Shown piece after piece: positions 60,976 through 64,000 of a DNA stretch of 64,000 nucleotides. The stretch comes from Candidatus Zhuqueibacterota bacterium (GTDB lineage Bacteria > Zhuqueibacterota > Zhuqueibacteria > Oceanimicrobiales > Oceanimicrobiaceae), in contig JAJDAE010000193.1 in the NCBI GenBank assembly GCA_029262035.1, positions 6,115 to 70,114 of the forward strand, in the 5' to 3' direction. The notes under the pieces were generated by a model. The model saw only the letters and a list, made by a program, of their open reading frames with translations. It was not told the origin of the DNA and ran no database searches. The position numbers and the translations under genes were made by a program. The stretch's first letter is position 1; the number at the start of each line of letters is the position of its first letter.

Positions 60976-61656
60976 CTAATCATTAAAAAGGAAAAATCCG
61001 TATCCACCCGGATCTCTAATAATAATATTATCAACTATGCCTTCTTTGTTAAAGTGGGTAATGCCCTCTGTGATTAGAATGCCCAGGTCACGGATTTTCT
61101 GAATGATGGTCGGATTGTTTTTTCCGTTAAAGAAGGTTAGGGACGGATTGAAAAATAAATGCGGGCAATTATTGGGCTGCATCAGACTAATGATTAAACC
61201 ATCTTCATTTTTAAATACAACCCATCCCTGTTCCTCTGTTTTTATGAAACCAACTGTTTGCCAGATTTGACTGGATTTATCAAAGTTAGTTGTTTCTAAA
61301 CTTAAGCCCATGTTGTTTCCTAAAACCGATGCTTGCACCGAACTCATATCAAAATTAAATTCGCTTTCTCCTTCGATTAAGTAAATCCAAACTCCATTTG
61401 TATCGCTGAGAAAATATCCGGTTTCGGTTTTTGTCACGGCTGTCAATTTCTCCAGCTTTTTAACTTCATTCCCCCAGTTCGCTTTATGTAGTTTTACTCC
61501 TGCCCGGGCATATCGATCGGGGTTGATCTCAATAACCACGGTGCCATCTGTAACGAGTGTAAGAGCTTGTTCAGAAATAAGTTCAAAATTCAGCTTTTTG
61601 TAGAACTCCAAACTGTTCTCTATTTTGTTTGTTGGGGTGTGAATGAATGTTTGCAT
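60976..61656 (-). CDS. VOC (glyoxalase/bleomycin-resistance/dioxygenase fold) family protein
   Basis: Start MQTFIHTP... at 61656, 7 nt after AGGAGG. Paired modules ...SLEFYKKLNFE... and ...SSQIWQTVGFI...; C-terminal ...IIRDPGGYGFFLF. The longer ORF-track start overlaps the upstream gene. Confidence 0.65.
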   Translation of the reverse strand: MQTFIHTPTNKIENSLEFYKKLNFELISEQALTLVTDGTVVIEINPDRYARAGVKLHKANWGNEVKKLEKLTAVTKTETGYFLSDTNGVWIYLIEGESEFNFDMSSVQASVLGNNMGLSLETTNFDKSSQIWQTVGFIKTEEQGWVVFKNEDGLIISLMQPNNCPHLFFNPSLTFFNGKNNPTIIQKIRDLGILITEGITHFNKEGIVDNIIIRDPGGYGFFLFND

Positions 61657-61699
61657 CAGGTGCCTCCTGTTGGTTTGATCGAGTAAAGGGGAGATTGAT

Positions 61700-62239
61700 T
61701 TAAGCTGGAAGAAATTCTTTTCTACGAAAAAGCGTTGCGCTGAGTAAAGTGATAAGAATGCCCACCGGTGAAATTTCAAGTAATGCTATGGCATAGCGAA
61801 AAAATGGATTTTTATACATTTCAGACCAATCTTTCAATTCTTGTAATGCGCTATCAATTTCCTCCGCTGAAGCATTTTTCTCCTGCATTTTACTAAGGGT
61901 GTGCTCAGTATATTGTTCCATGAAAAGTTTTTGAATGCCTGGTTTAGCCTGGTAGTAGATTTCCCAGGATACAACATACATGAGCGAAGCGACAAGTGTA
62001 ATAAGCAACCCAACCTGAACTCCTTTACCAAAGGAAATGATGCCTTCTGCATAATTATCACGATAGGATTTTACACCGAAAAATACCATCGAAAAGGCAA
62101 TGACCATGCCGGTATAACCAAGGTATTCACCATTATCCAAATTGATTATACCATTTTCCCATAAGGTCATGTTAATGATCATCAAAATGGATACAAGAGC
62201 ACCGGCGATCAACCCAAAAACTAATATTGTTTTTTTCAA
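61700..62239 (-). CDS. DUF4199-family membrane protein
   Basis: TTG start at 62239, 7 nt after AGGAGG; (M)KKTILVFGLIAGALVSILMI...; four hydrophobic segments and ~179 aa, matching my recollection of DUF4199. Confidence 0.7.
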   Translation of the reverse strand: MKKTILVFGLIAGALVSILMIINMTLWENGIINLDNGEYLGYTGMVIAFSMVFFGVKSYRDNYAEGIISFGKGVQVGLLITLVASLMYVVSWEIYYQAKPGIQKLFMEQYTEHTLSKMQEKNASAEEIDSALQELKDWSEMYKNPFFRYAIALLEISPVGILITLLSATLFRRKEFLPA

Positions 62240-62290
62240 AATTATTCCTCCTGTTTTTTGATGAATATAAGGACTGGGCGTAAAAAAAGC

Positions 62291-62339
62291 ATCACCCAAA
62301 AGTATGACTTTAAGTTTCTTAAAAAAATCACCCAAAAGT
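62291..62339. repeat. 13-bp direct repeat ATCACCCAAAAGT between the LuxR-type gene and DUF4199
   Basis: Identical 13-mers at 62291-62303 and 62327-62339 (36 bp apart), each preceded by an A-run; the second abuts the LuxR-type gene's stop codon. Confidence 0.7.
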
Positions 62340-62762
62340 TCAGGGTAATATTTGATGTTCTTTTGCTCGTAAAACTGCTTGTGTACGGTTACGAGCATTT
62401 AGTTTCATGAAAAGGTTCGAAGAATGGGATTTAATTGTGTTGAGAGAAACAAATAATTTTTCAGCAATTTCACGGTTGGAAAGACCTTGTGCAATGTGTT
62501 GGAGCACTTCATATTCGCGTTTGCTGATACCAAGCCGCTCAAGGTCTTTGTCATTAAGTTGGAAGTTAGGATTGGTGAGAACCACTTTTTTTCGTGTAAG
62601 TTTGAGTCCTGCCCAAACGCCCACTCCTGTAAAAAATGTTGCAATTATACTTATATAAATTTCCAGAGACAGGTCGCGAAGGAAGTAGCGGTATTCAATA
62701 AATTTTAAAACACCGGTTAGTGCTGCCAATGTAATACCGTAAAGTAGAATTGTTCTTAGCAT
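62340..62762 (-). CDS. Membrane-anchored LuxR/GerE-type HTH transcriptional regulator
   Basis: Two N-terminal TM segments, then ...ISKREYEVLQHIAQGLSNREIAEKLFVSLNTIKSHSSNLFMKLN... (GerE HTH). Confidence 0.85.
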   Translation of the reverse strand: MLRTILLYGITLAALTGVLKFIEYRYFLRDLSLEIYISIIATFFTGVGVWAGLKLTRKKVVLTNPNFQLNDKDLERLGISKREYEVLQHIAQGLSNREIAEKLFVSLNTIKSHSSNLFMKLNARNRTQAVLRAKEHQILP

Positions 62763-62843
62763 GTCTCGGCTTTCCGGGAATCATAAGATGTAGGATGCAT
62801 TTTTAGGCCAAACGTTTTTCGTTCCATATCCTACGTACTATGC

Positions 62844-63914
62844 TTAACGTAGTCTATTTGTCAAAACCGATTTTAACTCTTCCCGCAATTTGAGTAAGGC
62901 GCCTTCCGTGGCTTCCCAATCAATGCAGGCGTCCGTGATGGAGATACCGTATTTTAGATCATTTAAGTTTTCGGGAATAGATTGATTGCCTGCTTGCAGG
63001 TTGCTTTCAAGCATGAGTCCGACGATGGATTTATTGCCGGTCTGAATTTGGGAAGAGACATTTTTTAATACTTCAAGTTGTTGAGGCGCTGCTTTTCCTG
63101 AGTTTGCGTGACTACAGTCGACCATAATATTGGCATCTAAATCGGCCTTTTTTAGCAAAGACTCGCAGATGGAAATATTTTCGGAACTGTAGTTCGGTTT
63201 ATCCGAGCCGCCGCGCAGAACCATGTGGGTATTGGGATTGCCCTTGGTTCTGATTACAGCAACGCGGCCTTCCGGCTCGACGCTCAGAAAGTGGTTGCTG
63301 TGCGCTGCCGCGAGCATAGCATTGACAGCCACGTGCAGATTACCATTGGTGCCGTTTTTGAATCCAACTGCCGAGGTCAATCCGCTTGCCATTTTACGGT
63401 GCGACTGGGACTCCGTGGTGCGGGCACCAATCGCCGTCCAGCAGAATAAATCCTGGACATACTGCGGTGTCACCAGGTCGAGGGTTTCTCCTGCGGCAGG
63501 TATACCCATTTCGGCGATACTAAGCAGCAGCGTTCGTGCCATCTTAAGGCCATCTTCTATCGCAAAACTGTTATCCAAATGCGGATCGTTTATCAGACCT
63601 TGCCAGCCCACCTTGGTTCGTGGTTTTTCAAAATAAACCCGCATGATGAGAAAAAGACTGTCATCAACTTTTACTGCGAGTTCTTTTAACCGGGCGGCAT
63701 ATTCTTCCGCCGCTTTAATATCATGTACTGAGCATGGGCCTACCACCACGAAAAGTCGATGATCTTTCCGTTTTAAAATATTCCAGACTGTTTCCTGGCT
63801 TTGCTTAACGGTGGCAACAGCTTTTTCTGAAAGGGGATATTTTTGCTTGAGTTGCTCCGGCGTGAGCAAAGAGTCTTCGGAGACCACATTCAGATTTTCA
63901 ATTCGTTTATCCAA
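62844..63914 (-). CDS. aroG: Class I 3-deoxy-D-arabino-heptulosonate-7-phosphate (DAHP) synthase
   Basis: ...KDHRLFVVVGPCSVHD..., ...YFEKPRT..GWQGLINDP..., ...IMVDCSHANS...; TTG start; isozyme (G/F/H) not assignable. Confidence 0.93.
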   Translation of the reverse strand: MDKRIENLNVVSEDSLLTPEQLKQKYPLSEKAVATVKQSQETVWNILKRKDHRLFVVVGPCSVHDIKAAEEYAARLKELAVKVDDSLFLIMRVYFEKPRTKVGWQGLINDPHLDNSFAIEDGLKMARTLLLSIAEMGIPAAGETLDLVTPQYVQDLFCWTAIGARTTESQSHRKMASGLTSAVGFKNGTNGNLHVAVNAMLAAAHSNHFLSVEPEGRVAVIRTKGNPNTHMVLRGGSDKPNYSSENISICESLLKKADLDANIMVDCSHANSGKAAPQQLEVLKNVSSQIQTGNKSIVGLMLESNLQAGNQSIPENLNDLKYGISITDACIDWEATEGALLKLREELKSVLTNRLR

Positions 63915-63927
63915 AATCTATACTTCT

Positions 63928-64000
63928 TTAAATAATTCGTTTGCCAAAAGCGCTTTCAACCAGTTCAACGGCTACTTCAGCAGTTGTATTTTTTACGTCC
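63928..64000 (-). CDS. 3' end of an unidentified gene (extends past window)
   Basis: Open - strand frame ...DVKNTTAEVAVELVESAFGKRII* ending 13 nt upstream of the aroG start; too short to identify. Confidence 0.35.
   Translation of the reverse strand, partial: DVKNTTAEVAVELVESAFGKRII

Overview
Bacterial chromosomal window, roughly 40% G+C by eye, dominated by the core gene-expression region. Every gene from 1 to about 60.3 kb is on the + strand. In order: etfB(partial)-etfA, a SPOR lipoprotein, yebC-ruvC-ruvA-ruvB-queA, ispD-ispF-gltX-cysS, a tRNA-Thr/Tyr/Gly/Thr cluster, rpmG, tRNA-Trp, secE-nusG-rplKAJL-rpoBC, and the str operon (rpsL-rpsG-fusA-tuf). Next come the complete S10/spc/alpha ribosomal-protein operons (rpsJ to rplQ, with secY, map, infA, rpmJ, rpoA; no adk). 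After those: an envelope trio (repeat lipoprotein, FadL-like barrel, TPR protein), glyA, nrdR, tatC, dcd, three metal-hydrolase genes (PHP, MBL, HD), RNase G, rplU-rpmA and two orphan secreted proteins. The + block ends with a beta-hydroxyacid dehydrogenase / CoA-disulfide-reductase-like / Kbl group and a K+ channel-RCK-receiver fusion gene. After a strand switch near 60.35 kb the - strand carries a cold-shock protein, a VOC-fold protein, DUF4199, a membrane-anchored LuxR-type regulator, a class I DAHP synthase and the tail of one more gene. Two short genes missed by the ORF track (rpmG, rpmJ) and five tRNAs were called by hand. I saw no CRISPR array, transposase, integrase, prophage, toxin-antitoxin or recognisable defence genes, so most of the window is ordinary conserved housekeeping DNA and I cannot honestly claim a clear novel system. 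The most unusual locus is 58.1-60.3 kb. There a 2-TM K+ channel with an RCK gating ring carries a complete C-terminal response-regulator receiver domain. It sits between an intact kbl gene and a diverged duplicate of the kbl 3' end, which looks like an insertion or replacement scar. Secondary curiosities are a terminator-like hairpin inside the str operon, frequent TTG starts in ribosomal-protein genes, a 13-bp direct repeat between the LuxR-type gene and DUF4199, the long AT-rich csp leader, and an orphan ORF lacking a canonical start. Lineage (possibly FCB-superphylum-like, from the DUF4199 + membrane LuxR pair) is inference only.
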